From Myxococcota bacterium (GTDB lineage Bacteria; Myxococcota_A; UBA9160; UBA4427), in assembly GCA_041389445.1 (NCBI GenBank), contig JAWKRW010000005.1, positions 242,243 to 306,242 on the forward strand: a DNA stretch of 64,000 bases. Reading direction: 5' to 3'. This document shows positions 9,031-17,425 of this stretch, in pieces. The number at the start of each line of letters is the position of its first letter. The first letter of the stretch is position 1. The translations under genes and the position numbers were made by a program. The notes beneath the pieces were generated by a model. It was not told the DNA's origin, made no database searches, and saw nothing but the letters and a program-made list of their open reading frames with translations.

Positions 9031-9240
9031 ATGGTCGATCTCGGGTCGTTGCCCGCAGGAACCTGCGACGTCTCGATCCAGACCGACCGGGCCACGCTCT
9101 TCGGGGCGTCGCTCTGGGATTCCGCCCGCCTGAGCTCCACCGTCGTGCCCGAGCCCGCGACCTCCGCGTTGATCGCGATGGGCCGCGTCGGTCTCCCGGC
9201 TCGAATTCGGCCGCTGGTCCGGACTCGTCGGGGCCGCTGA
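9031..9240 (+). pseudogene. Possible remnant of a PEP-CTERM protein (C-terminal fragment only)
   Basis: The 69-aa ORF ends in a degenerate PEP-CTERM tail (STVVPEPATSALIAMGRVGLPARIRPLVRTRRGR). It has no signal peptide and no convincing RBS. Confidence 0.3.
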
Positions 9241-9360
9241 AGCGCGCGCCCACGCGATCTTGCACCTCGCCTCGCCTCGCCGGACCGGCAGGCCGGAGGC
9301 AGTTCGCGCGCGTACACGGGGTTCGGAGTCACGGGCGATGGCCGCGAGTCGATGATCTGC

Positions 9361-9411
9361 GCTGGGCCGGGCTTCGTCGGACGGGCGCTGGGCCGGGCTT
9401 CGTCGGACGGG
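9361..9411. repeat. Direct tandem duplication, 25-nt copies on a 26-nt period
   Basis: gctgggccgggcttcgtcggacggg occurs at 9361-9385 and again at 9387-9411, separated by one c. It lies in the intergenic region upstream of the 1785-aa gene. Confidence 0.85.
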
Positions 9412-9520
9412 GATGGTACGATTCGCCCCGTCGATCCGATCCGACGGCCGCTGCAGGCCTAACGCGCCGGGCGATCGCGATTCGATCCCGTGAACGAGAC
9501 GACCGGGGGTTTCCCTGCCG

Positions 9521-12500
9521 ATGCCGATCCTGCTGCTCCTCCGACTCGCCCCGGCCCTCCTGGTCCTCCTGGTCTCCTCCTCCGCCCAGGCCGCCGGTCT
9601 GCAGAGCCGGTTCCTCCACCAGGGAAGCGCTTCGCCCGCGACCCAGGGCTGGACGGCCGTCGGCGTCTATCCAGGGCAGGCGGTCGTGGACCAGGGCGTG
9701 CCCGCGTGGAACATCGCCGATACCGGCACGGCGAGCGGCAATCTCGGCTACTACCTGCAGACGCCCACCGCGGCGGACATCGCGCGGGCGCGTCGCGTCG
9801 GCTGGACGCTGCGCGTCGTCCTCCGCGAGGTTCCGCCGACGAGCGGCGGGACCGTCCTCGGTCGGGCGCCCAACTACTCGGCCATGGCGGAGGTCGCGAA
9901 CGGTGCGCGCGCCTGGTCGCTCAGCTTCGGCAACGAGGCCGGGACGGGACGCATGCAGGTCCTGCTCGGCGGGACCACGACGACCCACACGCTCTCGTCC
10001 TCCGGCTATCACCTGCTCGAGCTGACCTACGTCCCCCAGACGAACAGCGTCGAGCTCCGCGCAGACGACGTCCTGTTGACGGAGGGATGGACCGGGGCCG
10101 CTTCGACGAGCACTCGCGTGATCTTCGGGGCCGGCGCCAGCGCGACGACGAACGAGGCGAACTACAACCGCGTCGAGTGGCTCGTCGGCGTACCCGACTG
10201 CAGCGACGGTCTCGACAACGATGGCGACGGTCAGGTCGACCTCGCCGACCGCGACTGCTTCGACGGGGAGGATCCGGGCGAGGCGACGCTCCCTCCCACG
10301 ACCGGCGACATCGCGTTCCTGCAGTACCGGTTCGACGACCACGACGGGTTCGGATTCGTCGTGCTCTCGGATCTCGCGGGCGACGACCCGTCGACGCCGG
10401 GCGTCGACGAGCGCGCGAGGATCCAGTTCACCGACGAGGGCTGGAACCTCTTCGGACTGCGCTTCGACGCCGACCGCGGCAGCGACAAGACCGAGCACAC
10501 CTGGGTCTGGACCGCGCCCGCCGCCGGCGTCCGCGCCGGGACCGTCATCAACTGCCAGGTCGGCTGCACGCTCGGCACGATCCAGGCGCCGACCGGGACC
10601 GACCCCGACCCGAACGTCCCCGGCGAGCCCGAGGAGTCGACGAACGAGATCGTCAACCTCGACAACGACCTCGGCGAGCAGCTCTTCGCCTTCCGGGGGG
10701 ATCGCAATCGACCGGTTCCGCTCTACGCGCTCAACGGGCGTCCGTGGGTCCCGCTCGCCGGGGCCGTCGACAAGCACGAGTCGGAGGTCCCCGTCGGACT
10801 CGTCAACGGACAGACCGCGATCAGCCTCCAGCAGGCGGCGGGCGAGGGCGACAACGGTCGCTACGGCCCCCGGACGCTCACGGGCACGCCGGCGCAGATC
10901 CGCGCGGCGATCAGCAACCCGGCCAACTGGGTTCTCGACAACTCCTCGAGCTTCGCGTTCCAGGCACCGAGCTGGTGGGCCGTCAACGTCATTCCGGACC
11001 TCGCGCCCCGCGTCGAGCCCGGTCCGCTCGGCAGCTCGATCGTGGCCTACGCCCAGGACGCGACGAGTCCCGCCGTCTCGCCCGGCGTCGAGCTGATCCT
11101 CTCGGATCCCGACACGCCGCCGCAGCTGCTCGATGCGACCGTCTCGGTCTCGTCGCGCTTCGGCGAGACGGCGGCGACCGTCACGGGAACGGGGCCGTCC
11201 CGCTTCGTCCAGATCGAGTCGACGGACCTCGACGTCGCCGACCTGACCGTCCGCGTCAGCGACGGTCGCTTCACCCGCGAGCATCGCCTTCGCTACTACG
11301 CGCGCTCGCCCCTGAATCCGGGCGCGCTTCCGCCCCTGACGCACAACGGCATCGCCGACGCCTCCTCCGCGCTGCCCTTCCAGCTCGGCGGCGAGGACTA
11401 CATGATCGTCGCCAACGACGAGCGCAACGGCATCGTCGACGGCCTGTTCATCTACGAGCGCAACGCCTCGGGCGCGCCCCTCAAATGGGTCGACCTCTCG
11501 GTCTGGGCCGGATGGCTCTGGTTCATCGGGATCACGGACCCGCCCTGGGAGCTCGACCTCGAAGGATCGCTCAGGACGACGAATCCCGATCGGATGTGGT
11601 GGATCGGATCGTCGAGCAACAACGACGACGGGCTGTGTCGCCCCCAGCGCTTCGGCCTCTACTCGACGCAGCTCGTCTCGGGATCCGAGGGTGCGGTCGA
11701 CTTCGGCGACCTGCTCGGCTCGTCGATCGATCGCGACGTCGCCTTCTACGGCTTCCGCAACGACGTCGGCTTCCAGTTCCTCGACTGGGATCAGGCGGGC
11801 GGTCACGGCCGCGGCGCGAATCACTACGGATTCGCGGTCGGTCAGCAGTGCCGCGTCGACACGTCGATCCTGCCGGGCGGCTTTCCGGTTCCGCCGGTTC
11901 CCGCCTGGAGCCCGAAGCGCGACGACGGCTTCAACATCGAGGGATTCGCGCTGGCGCCGAGCTCGCAGACGACCGCGTTCGTCGGATTCCGTGCGCCGCT
12001 CGTGCCGCATTACAAATCGGGTGGAAGCGCGCGGAGCCGCGCGCTCCTCGTTCCGATGGTCATCGATCAGTCCTATCTGACGGACAGCCCGTTCCAGTCT
12101 CCCGGGCAGGATCTCGACTTCGGCACGCCGATCGAGCTCGATCTCGACGGTCGATCGATCCGCAGCATCGAGCGCAACGACGAGGACGAGTACGTCATCA
12201 TCGCGGGCTCGACCGGCGAGCACGGTCCGCCGCCCGACGATTTCCGCCTCTACACCTGGACCGGACGCGATCCCGACGTCACGGGCGATCCCGCGGACAT
12301 GCCGGTCATCCACTCGGCCGATCTCGCCGCGGCGCGCAACGGATTCGGGAGCTTCGAGTCGATCGTCGAGGTGCCGGACGACCTCGACGGCGCGGAGCTC
12401 CAGCTGCTGCTCGACGACGGCACGGCCTTCCTCTACGACGAGCTGATCGATGCGCTGGGTGGCGACTCGGGCCTGAGCCGGGCGCTCAAGACGCTGCCCC

Positions 12501-14878
12501 AACCCTTCCAGGAGTTCCGCAGCATGCGGGTCCGGCTCGACGCCGCGACCTGCTGGGCGAGTCACGACGGCGGGGCCACCGTCTTCGCCAGCGCCGACGC
12601 ACAGGCCGTCCAGAACGCCGTTCATCGGGCGGGGAGCGGTGCGACGGTCCGCATCGCCGGTCAATGCGAAGGTGGGAGCTATGTCGTCCTCCCGAGCGGC
12701 CTCAAGAGCGCCACGAGCGCGGCGCTCTACCTGATCGGCAAGAACCTGACGCTCGAAGGCGGCTACGCGCCCGGCTCGAACGGGACCGGACTCGCCGGCA
12801 TTCCCGACCCCGTCGCGCATCCGACCCGCCTCGCCGGCGGCGACCCGCGCTTCGCGCTCTCGCTCGACGCGTCGAACGTCACGGTCCGTGACCTCGTGCT
12901 CGGCGGCACGCCTCTCGGGCCGATCGCGCTCCTGAACGGATCGAACATCGTGTTCGACGGCGTCTCGATCGAAGGCGACGCGGATCTCGATCTCGTCGGG
13001 GACGACGTCGACAATTGTCCGAACGCCCCGAACGCGAGCCAGGCCGACCAGGATGGCGACGGCGTCGGCGACGCCTGCGATCTCTGTCCCTCGGTCTCGA
13101 ATCCCGATCAGCTCGACGCCGACGGCGACGCACGCGGCGACGCGTGCGAGGCCTGCCCCGGGATCTTCGATCCGCTCGACTTCGATCGGGGCGGCCTCGG
13201 CAGCGCCACCGTCGGCGATGGGACGCCCGACGCCTGTCAGTGTGGCGATCTGACCGGCGACGGCGGCCTGCTCGCCGGGGCGGGCCAGGACGTCGATCGG
13301 CTGCGCGACGCGCTGGCGGGTCGCGGGCTTCCGCTGGACGCGGCGGGCGCCGCGCGGTGTGCCGTCTACGACGGATCCCCGCGCTGCGACATCCGCCAGG
13401 CCGTCGTGCTCGCGCGCGCGCTCGCGACGCCGGCCGGCGGGCCCGGCGTCGGGGCGGCGTGTGGCGGCGCGAATCCGCGGCCGATCCATCAGTGGACCTT
13501 CAACGCCGGCCCGAGCGATCTCGTGGGCGGCGCGGACGGGACCCTGATGAACGGCGCTGCGGTCGTCGGTGGCGCACTCGAGCTCGACGGCATCGACGAC
13601 TACCTCGTGACGCCGCCGCTCGCGCGCAGCATCGGGCCGCGCACGCTCGTCGTCTGGCTCGAGCTCGCCTCGACGGCCCAGCGCAGCGGCGGGGCGCTGA
13701 CGCTCCAGGACGCGAACGGCACCGACGTCTTCGACGCCATCGTCTACGGCGAGAACACCGCGAACCGCTGGCTCAACGGCAGCGACTTCGCGACGCGCTC
13801 GCACCTCACGTCGCGGGGGAACGACGGCGCGCTCGAGACGGCGCTGCAGCCGCAGACGATCCAGATCGTCGTTCGCTACGAGGCGGATGGGACGATCCGG
13901 ATCTTCCGCGATGGCCAGCCCTACACGACCGCGCCCTACGCCTCGGGCGCTCCGCCGATTCGCTACGAGGCGGGTCGCGCGAACGTCCTGATGGGTCTCC
14001 GACATCAGGACGTCGCCGGAACGACCGGGAGCCTCGCCGGGAACGACCCCTATCTCGCGGGGCGCATCGATGAGGCCCGGATCTACGCGGTCGCCCTCGA
14101 CGACGCGCAGATCGAGCGGCTCTTCGTCGAGGGGCCCGTGCCCTTCGATCCGATGCCGGGGCTGCCGGCGCCGAAGCTCTGGCTCGACGCGTCGGCCTTC
14201 GACTCGATCGACGTCGCGGGCGACGGATCGGTCATCGAGTGGCGCGATCGGGCGAACGGGCTCGCGCTGCGCGCATCCGTTCCGGGCGAGCGGCCGCGAC
14301 AGCCCCTGGGCGGCGGGATGCTCGATTTCGACGGCGTCGACGACCACCTCTGCTCGAGCGATCCGATCGACCTGCGAGCGGGCGCGACGATCTTCGTCGT
14401 CGCCTCCAACGACCGGCGGAAGAGCTACCAGGGGCTCTTCAGCCAGCGCTCCTCCCGCTTCGAGAACGCGGACGTCGAGGTCTACTGGCAGGCGGGGACC
14501 GGCGGGAGCGGCAATCTCGTCTACGCCGCGAACCGCCGTCAGTCGGGCGGCAACCCCTCGTACTTCGTCTCGGCCAACGCCCCACCCAACGTCCCGACGC
14601 GCTATCTGGTGACGATCGAGGCGACCAGCGACGCCGCACCGGGCGTGCTTCGGACGAATCGTTCGACTCGTGCGAACACGCAGATCCTGGACAACCATGC
14701 GTTCTTCCCGGATCCGGTCTGGCCGGTCTGTGTCGGATACGGCGTGGGAACGACGCCGGCCGGCAACACGCTCGAGGGCGGATTGGCCGAGGTCCTCGTC
14801 TTCGAGGGCACGCTGACGCCGAGCCAACGCGACGACGTCGAGGCCCATCTGATGGACAAGTGGGAGGTGGCGCGATGA
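9521..14878 (+). CDS. Giant secreted multidomain surface protein (MopE-like metal-binding motif, TSP type-3 repeats, two LamG/concanavalin-like domains)
   Basis: 1785 aa. Signal peptide MPILLLLRLAPALLVLLVSSSAQA. A DCSDGLDNDGDGQVDLADRDC motif lies at about 10.2 kb. TSP3-like repeats lie at about 13.0-13.2 kb (DNCPNAPNASQADQDGDGVGDACDLCPSVSNPDQLDADGDARGDACEACP). Two LamG_3-like modules are present (..GALELDGIDDYLV.. and ..GMLDFDGVDDHL..). Confidence 0.9.
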   Translation: MPILLLLRLAPALLVLLVSSSAQAAGLQSRFLHQGSASPATQGWTAVGVYPGQAVVDQGVPAWNIADTGTASGNLGYYLQTPTAADIARARRVGWTLRVVLREVPPTSGGTVLGRAPNYSAMAEVANGARAWSLSFGNEAGTGRMQVLLGGTTTTHTLSSSGYHLLELTYVPQTNSVELRADDVLLTEGWTGAASTSTRVIFGAGASATTNEANYNRVEWLVGVPDCSDGLDNDGDGQVDLADRDCFDGEDPGEATLPPTTGDIAFLQYRFDDHDGFGFVVLSDLAGDDPSTPGVDERARIQFTDEGWNLFGLRFDADRGSDKTEHTWVWTAPAAGVRAGTVINCQVGCTLGTIQAPTGTDPDPNVPGEPEESTNEIVNLDNDLGEQLFAFRGDRNRPVPLYALNGRPWVPLAGAVDKHESEVPVGLVNGQTAISLQQAAGEGDNGRYGPRTLTGTPAQIRAAISNPANWVLDNSSSFAFQAPSWWAVNVIPDLAPRVEPGPLGSSIVAYAQDATSPAVSPGVELILSDPDTPPQLLDATVSVSSRFGETAATVTGTGPSRFVQIESTDLDVADLTVRVSDGRFTREHRLRYYARSPLNPGALPPLTHNGIADASSALPFQLGGEDYMIVANDERNGIVDGLFIYERNASGAPLKWVDLSVWAGWLWFIGITDPPWELDLEGSLRTTNPDRMWWIGSSSNNDDGLCRPQRFGLYSTQLVSGSEGAVDFGDLLGSSIDRDVAFYGFRNDVGFQFLDWDQAGGHGRGANHYGFAVGQQCRVDTSILPGGFPVPPVPAWSPKRDDGFNIEGFALAPSSQTTAFVGFRAPLVPHYKSGGSARSRALLVPMVIDQSYLTDSPFQSPGQDLDFGTPIELDLDGRSIRSIERNDEDEYVIIAGSTGEHGPPPDDFRLYTWTGRDPDVTGDPADMPVIHSADLAAARNGFGSFESIVEVPDDLDGAELQLLLDDGTAFLYDELIDALGGDSGLSRALKTLPQPFQEFRSMRVRLDAATCWASHDGGATVFASADAQAVQNAVHRAGSGATVRIAGQCEGGSYVVLPSGLKSATSAALYLIGKNLTLEGGYAPGSNGTGLAGIPDPVAHPTRLAGGDPRFALSLDASNVTVRDLVLGGTPLGPIALLNGSNIVFDGVSIEGDADLDLVGDDVDNCPNAPNASQADQDGDGVGDACDLCPSVSNPDQLDADGDARGDACEACPGIFDPLDFDRGGLGSATVGDGTPDACQCGDLTGDGGLLAGAGQDVDRLRDALAGRGLPLDAAGAARCAVYDGSPRCDIRQAVVLARALATPAGGPGVGAACGGANPRPIHQWTFNAGPSDLVGGADGTLMNGAAVVGGALELDGIDDYLVTPPLARSIGPRTLVVWLELASTAQRSGGALTLQDANGTDVFDAIVYGENTANRWLNGSDFATRSHLTSRGNDGALETALQPQTIQIVVRYEADGTIRIFRDGQPYTTAPYASGAPPIRYEAGRANVLMGLRHQDVAGTTGSLAGNDPYLAGRIDEARIYAVALDDAQIERLFVEGPVPFDPMPGLPAPKLWLDASAFDSIDVAGDGSVIEWRDRANGLALRASVPGERPRQPLGGGMLDFDGVDDHLCSSDPIDLRAGATIFVVASNDRRKSYQGLFSQRSSRFENADVEVYWQAGTGGSGNLVYAANRRQSGGNPSYFVSANAPPNVPTRYLVTIEATSDAAPGVLRTNRSTRANTQILDNHAFFPDPVWPVCVGYGVGTTPAGNTLEGGLAEVLVFEGTLTPSQRDDVEAHLMDKWEVAR

Positions 14879-15567
14879 AGACCCCGTCGGTCGCATCCGA
14901 ACGGGTCTGGCCCGGCGCCGCCCCCCGTGCCGGCGGGTGCCCGAGGGTGCTCGAAGCGTTCTGCAGCGCGCTCCTGGCCCTCGTCCTCGCGTCACCGGGC
15001 GCGGCGCAGGTCCTCGTCTACCACAGCCCGGGCGACGATGGCGTCGCCGCGCCGACGCCGCCGATCCTCGACGCGAGCACGCCTCAGGATCTGAATCTCT
15101 GGGTCGATCTCGCGGGAAGCTCGCCGACGCAGAACGGTGTGGTCTGCGAGAGCGGTGACGGGAGCGAGCTCTGCGGCTGGGACTTCACGTTGCGGGCGAG
15201 TCCGGGCGTCGGGCTCTACGACTTCATCCCCGAGCCCGGGGTGGTCGCGCTGCTCGAAGGCAGGCATCTGCGGGTCAACGGGCTGCACGCGTCGGGACCG
15301 TCGGTCGCGCCGGTCCGGATCGGTCGGCTGCGCGTGGTGCGGGAGACTTCGAGCGGCGGCACGGTCGCCGTGCGCGGGGTCGCGGTGGCAGCGGATCTCG
15401 CGCTCGAGGAGCTCGCGGCGACGACGGTGGCGGAGATCGCCGTGCCCGAGCCGGGGGCGGGCTGGGCCCTCGCGATGGGGGCGAGCCTGCTCGTGCGGAG
15501 CGCGAGACGTCGCATGCGATCGGGCGGTGACGCGCGGGCGCCCCGTGCGCGTGGGGCGGGGCGTTGA
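14875..15567 (+). CDS. PEP-CTERM sorting domain protein
   Basis: ATG 14875 overlaps the stop of the giant gene as ATGA. Signal peptide AFCSALLALVLASPGAAQ. C-terminus AVPEPGAGWALAMGASLLVRSARRR. Confidence 0.8.
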   Translation: MKTPSVASERVWPGAAPRAGGCPRVLEAFCSALLALVLASPGAAQVLVYHSPGDDGVAAPTPPILDASTPQDLNLWVDLAGSSPTQNGVVCESGDGSELCGWDFTLRASPGVGLYDFIPEPGVVALLEGRHLRVNGLHASGPSVAPVRIGRLRVVRETSSGGTVAVRGVAVAADLALEELAATTVAEIAVPEPGAGWALAMGASLLVRSARRRMRSGGDARAPRARGAGR

Positions 15568-15591
15568 GCCCGCCCGTCCGTTCCCGTCCGC

Positions 15592-15963
15592 TCAGTCGTC
15601 GTGCTGTCTGATCCAGGCCCGGGCCTCCTCCCGGCGTGCCGGGGGAAAGACGCGCAGCTCACCGGGCATCAGGAAGCCGAACAGGCTGACGGCATGACCG
15701 ATCCAGGGCACGTCGGTCACGACCGCGCCGCGCTCCCAGCGACGCAGGTTCTCGACGCCGACCTTGACGTCCTCGAGGACGGCGCCCGGATCGATGCCTT
15801 CGAAATCCGAAGCGACCTCGTAGTAGATCCGCATGCAGTCGTGGGTCGTGAGCGCCCGCTCGACGGCGGGGACGAGGGTGGCGAGGTAGTCGTCGCGGGT
15901 GACGTGGCCATGGCAGGAGAACGCCAGGACGTCGTCGGGAAAGCCTTCGAGTCGCTCGATCAT
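15592..15963 (-). CDS. STAS/SpoIIAA-like (DUF3478-type) protein
   Basis: 123-aa ORF. MIERLEGFPDDVLAFSCHGHVTRDDY...WERGAVVTDVPWI resembles the SpoIIAA-like family. Confidence 0.75.
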   Translation of the reverse strand: MIERLEGFPDDVLAFSCHGHVTRDDYLATLVPAVERALTTHDCMRIYYEVASDFEGIDPGAVLEDVKVGVENLRRWERGAVVTDVPWIGHAVSLFGFLMPGELRVFPPARREEARAWIRQHDD

Positions 15964-16092
15964 GTTCGGACCTCCTCATCGCTGGGATGGCGCGATCGAC
16001 GGTCGGGGCGAGCGCGGGACCGTCGGCGCCCGCCGCCTGCTCGCACGGGCGCTCCGCGAAGCGCTTCGGTTCCCTGCCGGCGCCCGCCCGCC

Positions 16093-16140
16093 CGGCCGCC
16101 CGGCCGCCCGGCCGCCCGGCCGCCCGGCCGCCCGGCCGCC
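16093..16140. repeat. Octanucleotide tandem repeat (CGGCCGCC)x6, preceded by (CGCC)x3
   Basis: Counted directly in the sequence. The 8-bp unit is not a multiple of 3. It lies in the intergenic region between the STAS gene and the 16314 ORF. Confidence 0.9.
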
Positions 16141-16313
16141 CGCACGGGCCACGGCCGCCCGACGCGACCCGGCCTGGTCGATCCGCCCGCCGGAGCCCGT
16201 CCCGCCCGATCGGACGGGGGCGAGTCCCGTGGCATGGCCATCCGACACGGTTTGGACTACTCAAGTCAGTCGATAGTTCCGATGGACACTACGCTTCGAT
16301 CGGAGAGTCCGCC

Positions 16314-16823
16314 ATGGCCTACCTCGTCCGCCGCCGCGGCGAGCGCGTCGAGATCCGGGAGAGCTGCACGACGGAGCGCGGCCCGCGCTCGCGGACCCTC
16401 GCGCGCTTCACGGGCGCCCTGACGCCCGCCGTCCTCGCGACCGCGGAAACGCGGGCGACGCGTCCCTTCGACCCGCGTGCGCTCGTCCGGCGGGCCCGCG
16501 CGCTGGGGATCCCGGTGCGCCTGCAGTCGCCGGAGCGGGAGGCTCGCGCGCTCCTCGCCCGGCTGCGCCGCGGGGATCCGGTCGACCCCGTCGTTGCGGG
16601 CCTGCTCTTTCGCGTGCTGGAGGGGGTCGAGCGTCGACCCGTGCCCGAGGCGCTCGCCGAGGTCGCGGACTGGGTGGGTGCGCCGCTCGCCGCGCGGGGT
16701 GCCGCGCTGCGCGACCTGCTCGAGACCTACGGTCGGATCGAGGCCGCCCGACCGCCTCGGCGAACGCGGGCGCGGCGCTCCTTCCCGCGCTTCTCGTCGG
16801 TCGCGAAGGCCGCCGCCTCGTGA
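16314..16823 (+). CDS. Hypothetical protein (no recognised domain), upstream partner of a nucleotidyltransferase
   Basis: ATG 16314. The 169-aa product is Arg/Ala-rich and contains no His. Its stop overlaps the next gene's GTG as GTGA. Coding status is supported mainly by that coupling. Confidence 0.5.
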   Translation: MAYLVRRRGERVEIRESCTTERGPRSRTLARFTGALTPAVLATAETRATRPFDPRALVRRARALGIPVRLQSPEREARALLARLRRGDPVDPVVAGLLFRVLEGVERRPVPEALAEVADWVGAPLAARGAALRDLLETYGRIEAARPPRRTRARRSFPRFSSVAKAAAS

Positions 16824-17380
16824 GCGAGCCGTCGCTTCCGGAGAAGATCCTCTCGATCGATGCGCGGCTCGAGGCGGCTCGTCTCCCGCATGCCTTCGGC
16901 GGGGCGCTGGCTCTCGCCTACTACGCGACGCCGCGGGCGACGGTCGACATCGACGTCAACGTCTTCGTCGACGCCGATCGCTCGGACGAGGTCTTCGACG
17001 TCCTCGCTCCGCTCGGGATCGAACGGCCGGACGCGCGCGAGGCGGAGCGGCTCCGGCGGGACGGCCAGGCGCGTGTTCACTGGGGGCGTACGCCGATCGA
17101 TCTCTTCTTCGCCTACGACCCCTTCCACGAAGCCTGCCTCGCGCGCCGTCGGGTCGTCCCCTTCGGCGAGGGCGAGACCATCCACGTCCTCTCGGCCGAA
17201 GACCTCTTCGTGTTCAAGGCGATCTTCGATCGGGACAAGGACTGGCGCGACGTCGACGAGCTGGTCTTCGCGATGAACGACGAGCTCGACGCGACCTGGA
17301 TCCTCGATTGGCTCGAGCGCATCGTCGGCCGGGATGACGCGCGTTGGACGCGCGGATCGACCGCGCTCGCGAAGCGTTGA
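16820..17380 (+). CDS. Pol-beta-superfamily nucleotidyltransferase (AbiEii/MNT-like fold)
   Basis: NTase signature FGGALALAYYATPRATVDIDVNVF (G-[GS]-x(n)-D-x-D) plus downstream acidic residues. 186 aa. Confidence 0.75.
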   Translation: MSEPSLPEKILSIDARLEAARLPHAFGGALALAYYATPRATVDIDVNVFVDADRSDEVFDVLAPLGIERPDAREAERLRRDGQARVHWGRTPIDLFFAYDPFHEACLARRRVVPFGEGETIHVLSAEDLFVFKAIFDRDKDWRDVDELVFAMNDELDATWILDWLERIVGRDDARWTRGSTALAKR

Positions 17381-17425
17381 TCGGCGCCGAGCCGCAGAGG
17401 AGACGATGGAATCGGTTCGGCGCGA

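Noticed and set aside
9329-14995. A 1888-aa minus-strand ORF antisense to the giant surface-protein gene. Similar very long antisense or shifted ORFs occur at 3398..6271(-), 3673..6267(+), 24694..27249(-), 24957..26636(+ part), 43891..46911(-), 57303..59426(-) and 50194..51960(-).
   Set aside because: Their translations are Arg/Pro/Ala/Gly-dominated with no recognisable motifs, and each overlaps a frame with clear family signatures. Long open antisense frames are expected at ~70% GC because stop codons are AT-rich.
16093-16140. Tandem repeats at 16093, 42847, 47546, 53261 and 56014 as possible CRISPR arrays.
   Set aside because: The units are only 6-36 bp and directly abut one another with no unique spacers. 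No cas genes are present.
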